NCBI RefSeq assembly: GCF_963676625.2
Contig: NZ_CAXXYB010000001.1
Location: 85,070-149,069, forward strand
DNA length: 64,000 bases
Direction: 5' to 3'
From: an uncultured Sphaerochaeta sp.
Lineage (GTDB): Bacteria > Spirochaetota > Spirochaetia > Sphaerochaetales > Sphaerochaetaceae
A program made the position numbers and the translations under genes. The notes below the pieces were generated by a model that was given only the letters and a program-made list of their open reading frames with translations, ran no database searches and had not been told where the DNA came from. This document shows positions 1 through 8,624 of this stretch, piece after piece (position 1 is the stretch's first letter; each line of letters starts with the position of its first letter).

Positions 1-838
1 CATCGGTATGGCCTTCTTCATCCTTGTAGGTAAGTTTTTTGAAATCCTGGTTTGCAACCAAATAGTCCTCAGCCTTAGTTGCCTGTTCATACCACTCAGC
101 CTGAGCTTTGCCAAATTTGACCATATTGTATTTTCCAGCCTTGTCATAGGCCTTTTTGTCTTCCCCTGCAGTATTTACGCCACTCCAGTCAACTCCGGCT
201 ATACGACCATTGATAACGGTAAAGGAGACAAAATCCTTCCAACCCGAGGCATAATCATCCTGAATGGCAAAATACGCACCATCAGTCAAGGAACCACGTC
301 CTACAGGTCCATTTGCCAAAGCCTTCGCCGCAAGCTTGAAAAAAGGACTTACATGGATGGAAACCCCAGCGATATCATCAGAATGGCCTTCGCTATCTTT
401 ATAGGAAATCTTTGCAGGATCCTGAGTGGAAATTAAATAGGCCTCGGCTTTTGCAGCTTGTACGGCCCAGTCTGCCTGTGCCTTGCCAAATTTAACCATG
501 TTGTATTTTCCGGCTTTGTCAAAAGTCTTCTTGTCGGCACCACCATTTACATTGACGCCATTCCAATCGGCGGAGACAATTTTCCCACCCTCGACAACCA
601 AGGTAGCTGTCTCTTTCCAACCGGAAGAAGCATAAGCATCATCCATTGCAAAATAGATGCCATCTGTATATTTTGCAGTATCTGCCTGCTTATCTGGCGT
701 TGAAACTTCCTTGACAGCAGGAGTTGAGGCTGGAGTCGTTGATGTAGCAGCAGGTGCTTCACTTTTTGAACACCCTGTAATGAGCAGAACCAAAGAAAAA
801 AGCAAAATCAAAAACCCAAGAATAGTTTTCTTTTTCAT
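1..838 (-). CDS. Lipoprotein with tandem FMN-binding (PplA-like / major membrane immunogen) domains, truncated by the window edge
   Basis: Absent from the ORF track; translated manually. ATG at 838 with AGGAG upstream, MKKKTILGFLILLFSLVLLITGC lipobox and an Ala/Thr/Pro linker. Two repeats follow: YTDGIYFA..GWKETATLVVEGGKIVSADWNG..DKKTFDKAGKYNMVKFGKAQADW..EGHSDDIAGVSIHV and LTDGAYFA..GWKDFVSFTVINGRIAGVDWSG..DKKAYDKAGKYNMVKFGKAQAEW..EGHTD. The frame is open to base 1. Confidence 0.85.
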   Translation of the reverse strand, partial: MKKKTILGFLILLFSLVLLITGCSKSEAPAATSTTPASTPAVKEVSTPDKQADTAKYTDGIYFAMDDAYASSGWKETATLVVEGGKIVSADWNGVNVNGGADKKTFDKAGKYNMVKFGKAQADWAVQAAKAEAYLISTQDPAKISYKDSEGHSDDIAGVSIHVSPFFKLAAKALANGPVGRGSLTDGAYFAIQDDYASGWKDFVSFTVINGRIAGVDWSGVNTAGEDKKAYDKAGKYNMVKFGKAQAEWYEQATKAEDYLVANQDFKKLTYKDEEGHTD

Positions 839-1266
839 AACCCTAAATCACTCCTAAAATATCGATATTCTCATATGATTATATACGAATATTTTAAAAG
901 GATACAATACCAAACTGCTAGGTGATTCAGAATTTGAAAAGTCAAGCAGGGGTTTTAGAAGGAAAACGACCTTTTCCTCTTCAGTGAAAAAACCCATTTT
1001 ATAAAAACAGAATTTATATAATTTATTTTAATATAATTATTTATTTAATTCATTAAAAAATTGAAATAACTTTTTATCGATAAATGTATATTCAGAATTG
1101 AACTATTTCCTAGTTCTATGCTAGACTAATATACGGTTTCGTTCCCGTAAACGAAAAGGAAACCAGAACTCTTTGGAAAATGGATTTTTCCATCGAATAT
1201 GAAGACTTTTTTATTAAAAAAACTATAGGTCCCTGATTATATTGAAATTATAAAAGGAAATTCAAG

Positions 1267-3216
1267 ATGGAAAAAAAGCGCATCGTGATATTGGGCGGAG
1301 GTTATGCTGGAGTCCATGCTGCAAAAAAACTTCATAAAGCCTTCCATAAAATGCAAGACAAGATTGAGGTTATTCTTATTGATAAGAATCGCCATCATAT
1401 ATTGATGACAGAGCTCCATGAAATTGCAGGAAATCGTGTCGATGAAGAATCAGTAAAAATATCCTATGACCGGATTTTTGCAGGAAAGATGGTAACTATC
1501 GTCCAGGACGAAATTACTTCCATCGATTTCACGGCCCAGAAACTCCAGGGAAAGAAACAATCCTATCAATATGATCAATTGATCATCAGCACAGGTGCAG
1601 AAGCTGCTGATTTCAATATCCCTGGGGTCAAGGATCATGCTTTCTATCTTTGGAGCCTGGAGGATGCCTTGCGGATCAAAGCTCATGTTGAGCTCATGGT
1701 CAAGGAAGCTTCAACTGAATTGGACAAGGAAAAACGCGCTCAGATGCTTACGTTTGTAGTGGCAGGAGGTGGATTTACCGGAGTGGAGCTCGTGGGAGAA
1801 TTCATTGAATGGCTGCCTCTGCTTTGCAAGAAATATGGAGTCGATTATTCTGAGATAAACCTTATCAACTGCGAGGCTTTGGGAAGCATCCTGAATATGC
1901 TTCCGGAAAAACCAAGGGCCAAGGCTGTCAAGTATATGCAAAAGAAAGGGGTGAAAATCCTGGTCAATTCCTTGATTGTCAATGCTGATAGTGAAGGTTT
2001 TACCACCAAGGACGGCACTGAATTCAAAACCAAGACCCTGATCTGGACTTGCGGTATCAAAGGCTCTGATTTCTGTTCAGCCCTCCCCATAACTGATGGG
2101 AAACGTGGAAGAAAACAGGTCAACGAGTTCATGCAATGCCCAGACCATGACAATGTATATCTCGCCGGTGATGGATTATGGTACCTTGAAAACAATAACC
2201 CCGTACCACAGATTGTCGAGGCTGCCGAACAAACAGCCGCTACGGCAGCCGATAGCATCATCCAAACCGTAAAAGGTCAAATGGGACTCAAGACAAAAAT
2301 CTCTAAACCTTTTAAATCAAATTTCCATGGCTTTATGGTATCAATCGGTGGGAAATATGCCGTTTCCCATACCGGGGGGATTTCACTGTCTGGTTTCTTC
2401 GCCCAAATGCTCAAGCATCTGGTCAATATGTATTATCAGGCTGGGGTTTGCGGTATAAACGGAGCCTGGACCTATTTCAAACATGAAATTCTTCAGATAA
2501 AAAACAAGCGCTCACTCATCGGTGGCATGGCGGCCTACAGAGTGCCTTCCTATTGGGTAGTATTTTTGCGAATGTATCTGGGTGTCATGTGGCTTATTGA
2601 AGGAATCGGGAAAATTTCCGAAGGATGGCTTACCGATACCACGGGAAGCAAGGTTTATTGGGATACTGCCGCGTCAGTTGCAAAAGCAGGTGCTGATGCA
2701 GTAACGGCAGCTTCAGAGGCCGTTACGGATGCAGCAACTACAGTTGCCCAAGCTGGTGCCGCTGCAGTGGATGGAGCGACCCAGACAGTTACCCAGTTTG
2801 CACCGCCCCTCATTGCACATCCTCTGGCACTTTATACGTGGATCAATACAACCTTTGTTGCCCATTTTCCCTACTTCTTCCAGCTGATGATTGTACTGGC
2901 CGAAGTGGGAGTTGGTTTGTGCTTCATCGGAGGCTTGTTCACCTTCCCTGCAGCAATCGTTTCGCTTGGACTATCCATCATGTTCCTTATCGGAGCAATG
3001 GCAGGAAAGGAAATTCTTTGGTATATGGCAGTTTCCATCGTCATGCTCGGTGGTGCCGGTCGCGCCTTTGGCCTCGATTACTGGGTAATGCCTTATTTGA
3101 AAAAGGTTTGGAACAAAACTGCTCTTGCAAAGAAAACCTATTTATTTATGGATGAACCAGAATATACCAGAAAACAAATGGCTCGCAAACTTGCAAAGCA
3201 GAAGGACCTTGTATAA
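1267..3216 (+). CDS. Type II NADH dehydrogenase fused to a C-terminal DoxX-like membrane domain (Ndh2-like)
   Basis: GGGYAG FAD motif and GGGFTGVE NADH motif. The C-terminal hydrophobic domain reads LRMYLGVMWLIEGIGKI...AEVGVGLCFIGGLFT...GAGRAFGLD. Confidence 0.88.
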   Translation: MEKKRIVILGGGYAGVHAAKKLHKAFHKMQDKIEVILIDKNRHHILMTELHEIAGNRVDEESVKISYDRIFAGKMVTIVQDEITSIDFTAQKLQGKKQSYQYDQLIISTGAEAADFNIPGVKDHAFYLWSLEDALRIKAHVELMVKEASTELDKEKRAQMLTFVVAGGGFTGVELVGEFIEWLPLLCKKYGVDYSEINLINCEALGSILNMLPEKPRAKAVKYMQKKGVKILVNSLIVNADSEGFTTKDGTEFKTKTLIWTCGIKGSDFCSALPITDGKRGRKQVNEFMQCPDHDNVYLAGDGLWYLENNNPVPQIVEAAEQTAATAADSIIQTVKGQMGLKTKISKPFKSNFHGFMVSIGGKYAVSHTGGISLSGFFAQMLKHLVNMYYQAGVCGINGAWTYFKHEILQIKNKRSLIGGMAAYRVPSYWVVFLRMYLGVMWLIEGIGKISEGWLTDTTGSKVYWDTAASVAKAGADAVTAASEAVTDAATTVAQAGAAAVDGATQTVTQFAPPLIAHPLALYTWINTTFVAHFPYFFQLMIVLAEVGVGLCFIGGLFTFPAAIVSLGLSIMFLIGAMAGKEILWYMAVSIVMLGGAGRAFGLDYWVMPYLKKVWNKTALAKKTYLFMDEPEYTRKQMARKLAKQKDLV

Positions 3217-3221
3217 ACAGC

Positions 3222-4211
3222 ATGAATGATTTCTGGAAAGAGGAACAAGATATCTCACAAGAATTATCCCTTGTTCATGATCTCATCAACAATACGGTGG
3301 ATAAGGCACAAGGCTTTATCCGCCCCGTATTGCTTTCTCATGTCCAGACGCAAGGGAAAATGCTTCGACCTGCATTGGTTTTGATTGTTTCAAATCTGAA
3401 CAAAGAGGCCGATAGGAAAGAAGCCATACGAATCGCAAGCGTAATAGAAATGATTCATCTTGCATCCCTTGTGCATGATGACATTATCGATTCTGCCCAG
3501 AAAAGAAGGGGAAAAGTAACAATTTTCGCCCAAGTAGGCGCAAAGCAAGCCGTATTGGCCGGTGATTATCTTCTATCTTGTGCCTTATCCCTGATAACGG
3601 GAAAAGATACGAAAATGGAAGGAATCATTGTTTCAAATGCCTTGGGCCGGTTATGCATGAGTGAATTGGAACAAGATGCAGGTCAGGGTAATTTCTTCAT
3701 TACGGAGCAAGAATATTTCAAACGCATAGCAGGCAAGACAGCTGCATTATTTGCCTTGAGTTGCTATGCAGGAGCCTCAGTTGCCAAGCTTCCCCCTGAA
3801 ATGAAAAACCGCTGCCATCGCATCGGACATTTTTTAGGAATGGCCTTCCAGATTCAGGATGATATTCTTGATTACACAGGTAGCGAGATGCATCTTGGCA
3901 AGAAAACCGGGAATGATCTTCGTTGCGGTATTCCTACCCTTCCCTTGCTCCTTGCCCTGAAATCAGAAAAGGAACAAGCTTCAAAGGAATTTCCCTTGAA
4001 GAAATTACTGACCACCAATAAGAAACTTGGACAGACAGATGTAAAAAAGGCTGTTTCCTTGGTATCAAGTCTTGGAGGCGTGGATCAAGCAAAAAAAATT
4101 GCCGATACCTATGGAAACAGGGCTCTTATCGATATACAATCATTACAAGATGAACAGGTTTGCCGACAGTTGACCTCGCTCTTTACCAGACTATCAGTTC
4201 GCTCAACATAG
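3222..4211 (+). CDS. Polyprenyl (heptaprenyl-type) diphosphate synthase
   Basis: GKMLRP, first aspartate-rich motif HDDIID..RRG, KTAALF, second motif FQIQDDILD. Confidence 0.93.
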   Translation: MNDFWKEEQDISQELSLVHDLINNTVDKAQGFIRPVLLSHVQTQGKMLRPALVLIVSNLNKEADRKEAIRIASVIEMIHLASLVHDDIIDSAQKRRGKVTIFAQVGAKQAVLAGDYLLSCALSLITGKDTKMEGIIVSNALGRLCMSELEQDAGQGNFFITEQEYFKRIAGKTAALFALSCYAGASVAKLPPEMKNRCHRIGHFLGMAFQIQDDILDYTGSEMHLGKKTGNDLRCGIPTLPLLLALKSEKEQASKEFPLKKLLTTNKKLGQTDVKKAVSLVSSLGGVDQAKKIADTYGNRALIDIQSLQDEQVCRQLTSLFTRLSVRST

Positions 4212-4223
4212 GAAACGATTACA

Positions 4224-4481
4224 ATGCAAGAACCAACGGAACCGACAATCGAAGAGATTGTCTTCCAACAATCCTTTGACAATACGCTTAACTTTCTTGA
4301 ACAAAGAATGGAAACAGAAAAACTTACTCTTATCGACCTTGAAGGGGAGCTTCATCACCTTACCATCTATGAAGGCCAGGATTGGGGTGGTAGAGGTGAG
4401 ATCAAGAATTCCGAAATTCAGGGTCAAGTCTATGCATATCTTGATTTTATTCAGCGCGTAAAGAAAAATTCCCAAGCCTAG
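4224..4481 (+). CDS. Hypothetical small acidic protein
   Basis: 85 aa ORF 12 bp after the prenyl synthase, with an RBS-like AGGA upstream and a hairpin downstream. Confidence 0.65.
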   Translation: MQEPTEPTIEEIVFQQSFDNTLNFLEQRMETEKLTLIDLEGELHHLTIYEGQDWGGRGEIKNSEIQGQVYAYLDFIQRVKKNSQA

Positions 4482-4514
4482 GATATCTACTTCACACTAA
4501 AATAAGAATATAAG

Positions 4515-4549
4515 AGCCAAGGCGATGGTTTCTTGACCGGGCCTTGGCT
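4515..4549. terminator. Hairpin between convergent genes
   Basis: AGCCAAGGC...GCCTTGGCT inverted repeat. Confidence 0.55.
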
Positions 4550-4577
4550 ACTCTTGCATGATAAAAAATAAGACAAA

Positions 4578-5021
4578 TCAATACGGATTCGTAATGAAAT
4601 GCTCAAGCTGGTCAATCTGGAAGTCGCGTTCCTCAAGAGCCGCTTTTACCACATCCCCAATGGAAATAATACCAATTACCTTGTCGTCCACGATTACCGG
4701 TAGATGACGAAATCGCCCAGCCGTCATAAGCTGGAAACAATCATCAAGACTCTGATGGGGCTTCACATACGTAACTCCCTTGGTCATGACATCGGAAATC
4801 TTTACCAAAGCAGTGTTGGGATGTTCTGTTTTTCTTGAAAAATGCCTGACGATATCCCGTTCCGAAAGAATTCCTTTCACAGCCCCTTGGTCATCCATTA
4901 CAAGCAACGCTCCGATTTTATGCTCAGCCATTTGAAGAAGTGCATGGGAGAGGGTATCATCCGGTTTAATGTTGAATACAGTAGTTCCCTTCTGGTCGAG
5001 AATAGATTGTACATTTGCCAT
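4578..5021 (-). CDS. CBS domain pair protein
   Basis: HKIGALLV..GILSERDIVR and RFRHLPV..GIISIGDVVK. Start MANVQ follows AAGGAG. Confidence 0.9.
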   Translation of the reverse strand: MANVQSILDQKGTTVFNIKPDDTLSHALLQMAEHKIGALLVMDDQGAVKGILSERDIVRHFSRKTEHPNTALVKISDVMTKGVTYVKPHQSLDDCFQLMTAGRFRHLPVIVDDKVIGIISIGDVVKAALEERDFQIDQLEHFITNPY

Positions 5022-5179
5022 ATAATTCTCCTTTCTGTAATAAAACAAGCAGTCTCCTATAAAAAGGGTAGCTCACTGCAAGGAAATTCGCAAGGAAATT
5101 ATGGCTGGTTTGCACTATATAGGGAAAAGAAATGCAAGAAAGTCAGTATATAGCCTTCTTTCATCTCCATCATTACATG

Positions 5180-6232
5180 CTAGCGTGGAAACCAATTCTT
5201 GGTTTTCTTGGCAATTCTTACAAGTGTCAACATAACAGGAACCTCGACCAACACTCCTACGATTGTTGCAACGGCAGCTCCCGATTGCACCCCGAATACC
5301 GATATTGCCACGGCAACGGCAAGCTCAAAGAAGTTGGAGGCTCCGATCAATGCCGCTGGGGCTGCGATATCATGCGGTAGAGCCCAAGCCTTGGACCAAA
5401 AATACGCAATGAAGAAAATCAAGAAGGTTTGCAATATCAAGGGCACGGCGATGAGAACAATAGCAAACGGGTTATCAACAATCGTCTGTCCCTGAAAAGA
5501 AAAAATTATCACCAAGGTGAGCAAGAGCCCCAGTATGGTACCACTACCGAATTTTGGAATAAAGGTGTTTTCAAAATACGTCAGGCCATGGCGCCGAGTT
5601 ACATATATTCTTGTTCCCCAACCAGCAAGAAGCGGGATGACAACGAACAACAATACAGAAAGGAACAACGTCTTCCAAGGAATCGTCATACCGCCTATTC
5701 CCAGCAACAGACCGACAATAGGAACATAGGCTATGAGAATAATTAAGTCATTGGTAGCAACCTGTACCAAGGTATAGGCAGGATTTCCCTTCGTCAAATG
5801 ACTCCAGACAAACACCATTGCGGTACAGGGAGCGGCCCCGAGCAGTACAGCACCTGCAAGATATTGCTTTCCGAGTTCAGGACTTATATATTTCTTGAAT
5901 ACAACTGAAAAGAAAAACCAAGCAAGAACATACATGGTAAAAGGCTTTATCAGCCAATTGACCACCCAAGTTATCACCAAGCCTCGGGGATTCTCCCCCA
6001 CTTTCTTGATACTCGAGAAATCAATCTTGAGCATCATGGGATAAATCATCAGCCAGATGAGTATGGCAATCGGTATTGAAACATTGGCATACTCAAAGGT
6101 TTGCAAGAAAGCAGGAATTTGCGGAAAATAGATTCCTATCAACACCCCGGTGATCATGCATAGGAAAACCCAGAGCGTCAGATATTTTTCGAAAATTCCA
6201 AGATCACTATTTTTTGTGTTTGCTTGTTCCAT
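5180..6232 (-). CDS. acr3: ACR3-family arsenite efflux transporter
   Basis: FEKYLTLWV, MIYPMM, NWLIKPF, APCTAMVFVWS, ASNFFELAVA and GVLVEVPVML motifs. Confidence 0.95.
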   Translation of the reverse strand: MEQANTKNSDLGIFEKYLTLWVFLCMITGVLIGIYFPQIPAFLQTFEYANVSIPIAILIWLMIYPMMLKIDFSSIKKVGENPRGLVITWVVNWLIKPFTMYVLAWFFFSVVFKKYISPELGKQYLAGAVLLGAAPCTAMVFVWSHLTKGNPAYTLVQVATNDLIILIAYVPIVGLLLGIGGMTIPWKTLFLSVLLFVVIPLLAGWGTRIYVTRRHGLTYFENTFIPKFGSGTILGLLLTLVIIFSFQGQTIVDNPFAIVLIAVPLILQTFLIFFIAYFWSKAWALPHDIAAPAALIGASNFFELAVAVAISVFGVQSGAAVATIVGVLVEVPVMLTLVRIAKKTKNWFPR

Positions 6233-6233
6233 A

Positions 6234-6578
6234 TCAGTCTTCCTTGGAAAAGCTACAAGCTTTTCCTGTGCTGGTTGCACTTTTGCAAATGCAATGATCC
6301 TTTTGTTCCGAAATAGTTGTCAGGAATTTCTGAAGATCTTGCATTTGCCCCTTATTAAGAGAGTATGTCATCCAGGAACCGTTTCGCTGGGCATCAACCA
6401 AATGACAAGCTGTCAACAATCCCATGTGATAACTCAACGTAGGTTGGGAAATCGAAAAGAAAGAAAGGATATCACAAGCGCAGAGAGGACCGCAGGATAA
6501 CATATCGATTATTTTCAGTCTGGTCACATCGGAAAGTGCTTTGATCTTGGAAATATAGGAAGCGTAATTAAGTTCCAT
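6234..6578 (-). CDS. arsR: ArsR/SmtB-family repressor
   Basis: KALSDVTRLKII, LCACDI metal site, SQPTLSYHM helix-turn-helix. Lies directly upstream of acr3. Confidence 0.9.
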   Translation of the reverse strand: MELNYASYISKIKALSDVTRLKIIDMLSCGPLCACDILSFFSISQPTLSYHMGLLTACHLVDAQRNGSWMTYSLNKGQMQDLQKFLTTISEQKDHCICKSATSTGKACSFSKED

Positions 6579-6590
6579 GGGCTACTCCTT

Positions 6591-6629
6591 ATATTGAATA
6601 ATATCTATATCATCGATATATTTCAATAT
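6591..6629. promoter_or_regulatory. Probable ArsR operator
   Basis: ATATTGAA...TTCAATAT inverted repeat just upstream of arsR. Confidence 0.45.
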
Positions 6630-6742
6630 CTCTATTTTCAAAAAAATAGTTTTCCACCATGAAAATATAGGGATCATCAACAGGTTGCCTTTTTTTATAA
6701 AAAAAGGGTATATAAGCTTTATAAAAGAGAGATTTGAAAATC

Positions 6743-7225
6743 ATGAATAGCATATTATATATAGTAGCTGGCGTTTTATTGGCAGTATCGTTCTTCAAAG
6801 ATCGTACAAAAACAGTGAAAGCCTTGAAAAAGGCCGCAAAATCCTTTGAAAACATCTTACCCCAATTGCTTGTGATGCTGTTGGTCGTAAGCTTGTTGCT
6901 CGCCCTCATGAACGAAGAACTCATCCTTAGGCTTATAGGAGGAAAATCAGGATGGACAGGGGTAATCCTTTCGGCCCTGGTCGGTGCCATTACCCTGATT
7001 CCCGGTTTTGTTGCCTTCCCCATGGCCTCTCTCCTTCTGCAAGGAGGTGCTGGGTATATGCAGATAGCAGCCTTTGTATCGGCACTCATGATGGTAGGAA
7101 TAGTCACCTTGCCTGTAGAAATTGCCTATTTTGGAAAAAGACTTGCAATCTATCGCAATGTACTTGCCTTTGCCTTCTCTTTTTTGGTTGCCTACCTCAT
7201 CGGATATGTGGAGGCTTTAGTATGA
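6743..7225 (+). CDS. Permease (DUF318/ArsP-like, half-size), subunit 1
   Basis: Hydrophobic, GAITLIPGFVAFP motif. Its stop overlaps the next start (ATGA). Confidence 0.75.
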   Translation: MNSILYIVAGVLLAVSFFKDRTKTVKALKKAAKSFENILPQLLVMLLVVSLLLALMNEELILRLIGGKSGWTGVILSALVGAITLIPGFVAFPMASLLLQGGAGYMQIAAFVSALMMVGIVTLPVEIAYFGKRLAIYRNVLAFAFSFLVAYLIGYVEALV

Positions 7226-7758
7226 AAGCAATAGTAAAAAAATATCGTGCATTTCTTTTTATAGCAATCCTCATCAGTGTCTATTCTTTTTTCAATGTTG
7301 AATTGGGGAAAAAAGTATTTTCCACTTCCCTGTTTCAACTCAAGGAAATGTTTTTGGTCATTCCTCCTATTTTCATTCTCATGGGTCTATTGGATGTCTG
7401 GGTCCCCAAGGAAACCATGGTAAAATATATGGGTGAAAAGTCTGGATTGAAGGGAATCCTTCTCTCGCTTTTCATTGGATCAGCAGCGGCAGGTCCCTTG
7501 TATGGAGCATTCCCAGTGGCAGCGGTATTCATGAAAAAGGGTGTGAAATTCACCAATGTCCTCATCTTCCTGGGAGCCTGGTCGACTACCAAGATACCGA
7601 TGTTCTTGTTTGAAATGACCGCACTGGGTGCAAGATTCGCAGTAACTCGATTACTCATCGATATCCCAGGTATCATAGCAATTGCCTATCTACTTACTGT
7701 TCTGATACCAAAAAAGGAAGTCTCCAGGATCTATGAGGCCACAATGGAAAAAAATTAG
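7222..7758 (+). CDS. Permease (DUF318/ArsP-like, half-size), subunit 2
   Basis: GLLDVWVPKE, GSAAAGPLYGAFP, FLGAWSTTKIP. The real start is MKAIVKK at 7222. Confidence 0.78.
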   Translation: MKAIVKKYRAFLFIAILISVYSFFNVELGKKVFSTSLFQLKEMFLVIPPIFILMGLLDVWVPKETMVKYMGEKSGLKGILLSLFIGSAAAGPLYGAFPVAAVFMKKGVKFTNVLIFLGAWSTTKIPMFLFEMTALGARFAVTRLLIDIPGIIAIAYLLTVLIPKKEVSRIYEATMEKN

Positions 7759-7774
7759 GTACTAAGGAATGCGC

Positions 7775-8500
7775 TTATTCAGGATGTACGGAAAGGTCCT
7801 GAAGTCCTTCGATATCGATTAATCGCACTGTTCGGGAGTCAATATTCTCGATCAACCCCTCTTCCTCAAGCTGCATCATTTTTCGGCTGAGCGTTTCCCT
7901 GGCAAGCCCTAGATAATTAGCCAGACCTTCTCGGCTGAGCGGAAGGGTGATATCCAGACCTTTTGGAGTCTGCTTCCCATAGGTATCCTTGAATTCAAGA
8001 AGTATCGAGGCAATACGCAACTCGGCATTTCGCCCTCCCATACTTTGCATGACAGTTTCCAACCGGCTCATTCTATTGGCCATGGCCCCAATTACCTGTA
8101 CGGCAATGTCACTATGTTCGGCCAGTAATTTTTCAAACCGTTCCTTGGAAAGAATGCAAACCTGGCATTCCTCCAAGGCTTCGACAGAATAGGGAACTCT
8201 TTCCTCAGTAAACAAGAACCGCGCCCCATAATAATCATTTTGAGGGAAAATATAGAGAATCTGTTCCCGCCCATCAAGGGTAGACCGATAGGCCTTTGCA
8301 CTTCCTTCCCTGATTACCGTAAACCCAAGGGGAATATCGCCCTCACGGGCAAGGCTCTCCCCTTTGTGATAAATCCTTTGAACCATCTCAAGAGTGAGAG
8401 CCTGTATTGCCTCATGGTCAAGGGAGGCAAAAAGAGGGACCTTTCCCAGGCATATCTCATTCTTGCAAATCTCGCACTGCCCCATATTTTTAGACTCCAT
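7775..8500 (-). CDS. Crp/Fnr-family transcriptional regulator with an N-terminal Cys cluster
   Basis: CEICKNEIC, VPLFASL cNMP-binding fold, LPLSREGLANYLGLARETLSR helix-turn-helix. Confidence 0.92.
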   Translation of the reverse strand: MESKNMGQCEICKNEICLGKVPLFASLDHEAIQALTLEMVQRIYHKGESLAREGDIPLGFTVIREGSAKAYRSTLDGREQILYIFPQNDYYGARFLFTEERVPYSVEALEECQVCILSKERFEKLLAEHSDIAVQVIGAMANRMSRLETVMQSMGGRNAELRIASILLEFKDTYGKQTPKGLDITLPLSREGLANYLGLARETLSRKMMQLEEEGLIENIDSRTVRLIDIEGLQDLSVHPE

Positions 8501-8525
8501 GTAAAAACTCCTCTTAAAAATCATC

Positions 8526-8543
8526 CTGTGATTTGAATCACAG
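8526..8543. promoter_or_regulatory. Crp/Fnr-type binding site
   Basis: cTGTGA-TTTGAA-TCACAg, a perfect consensus between the divergent regulator and pflB. Confidence 0.85.
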
Positions 8544-8624
8544 AATAATACTATTCATAGTTTTATAGTCAGGCTATCCAGTGGATGTCGACATCTCCTG
8601 TAATCAATATAGCAGAGGTAAACC

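Noticed and set aside
8-857. ORF-track ORFs 8..436, 458..703, 547..762 and 657..857
   Set aside because: These are shadows of the real minus-strand lipoprotein gene (838 to <1), which the track missed because it has no stop codon in the window.
6952-7221. N-terminal extension of the 268-aa ORF
   Set aside because: It overlaps the upstream permease in another frame. The ATGA-coupled start at 7222 is more plausible.
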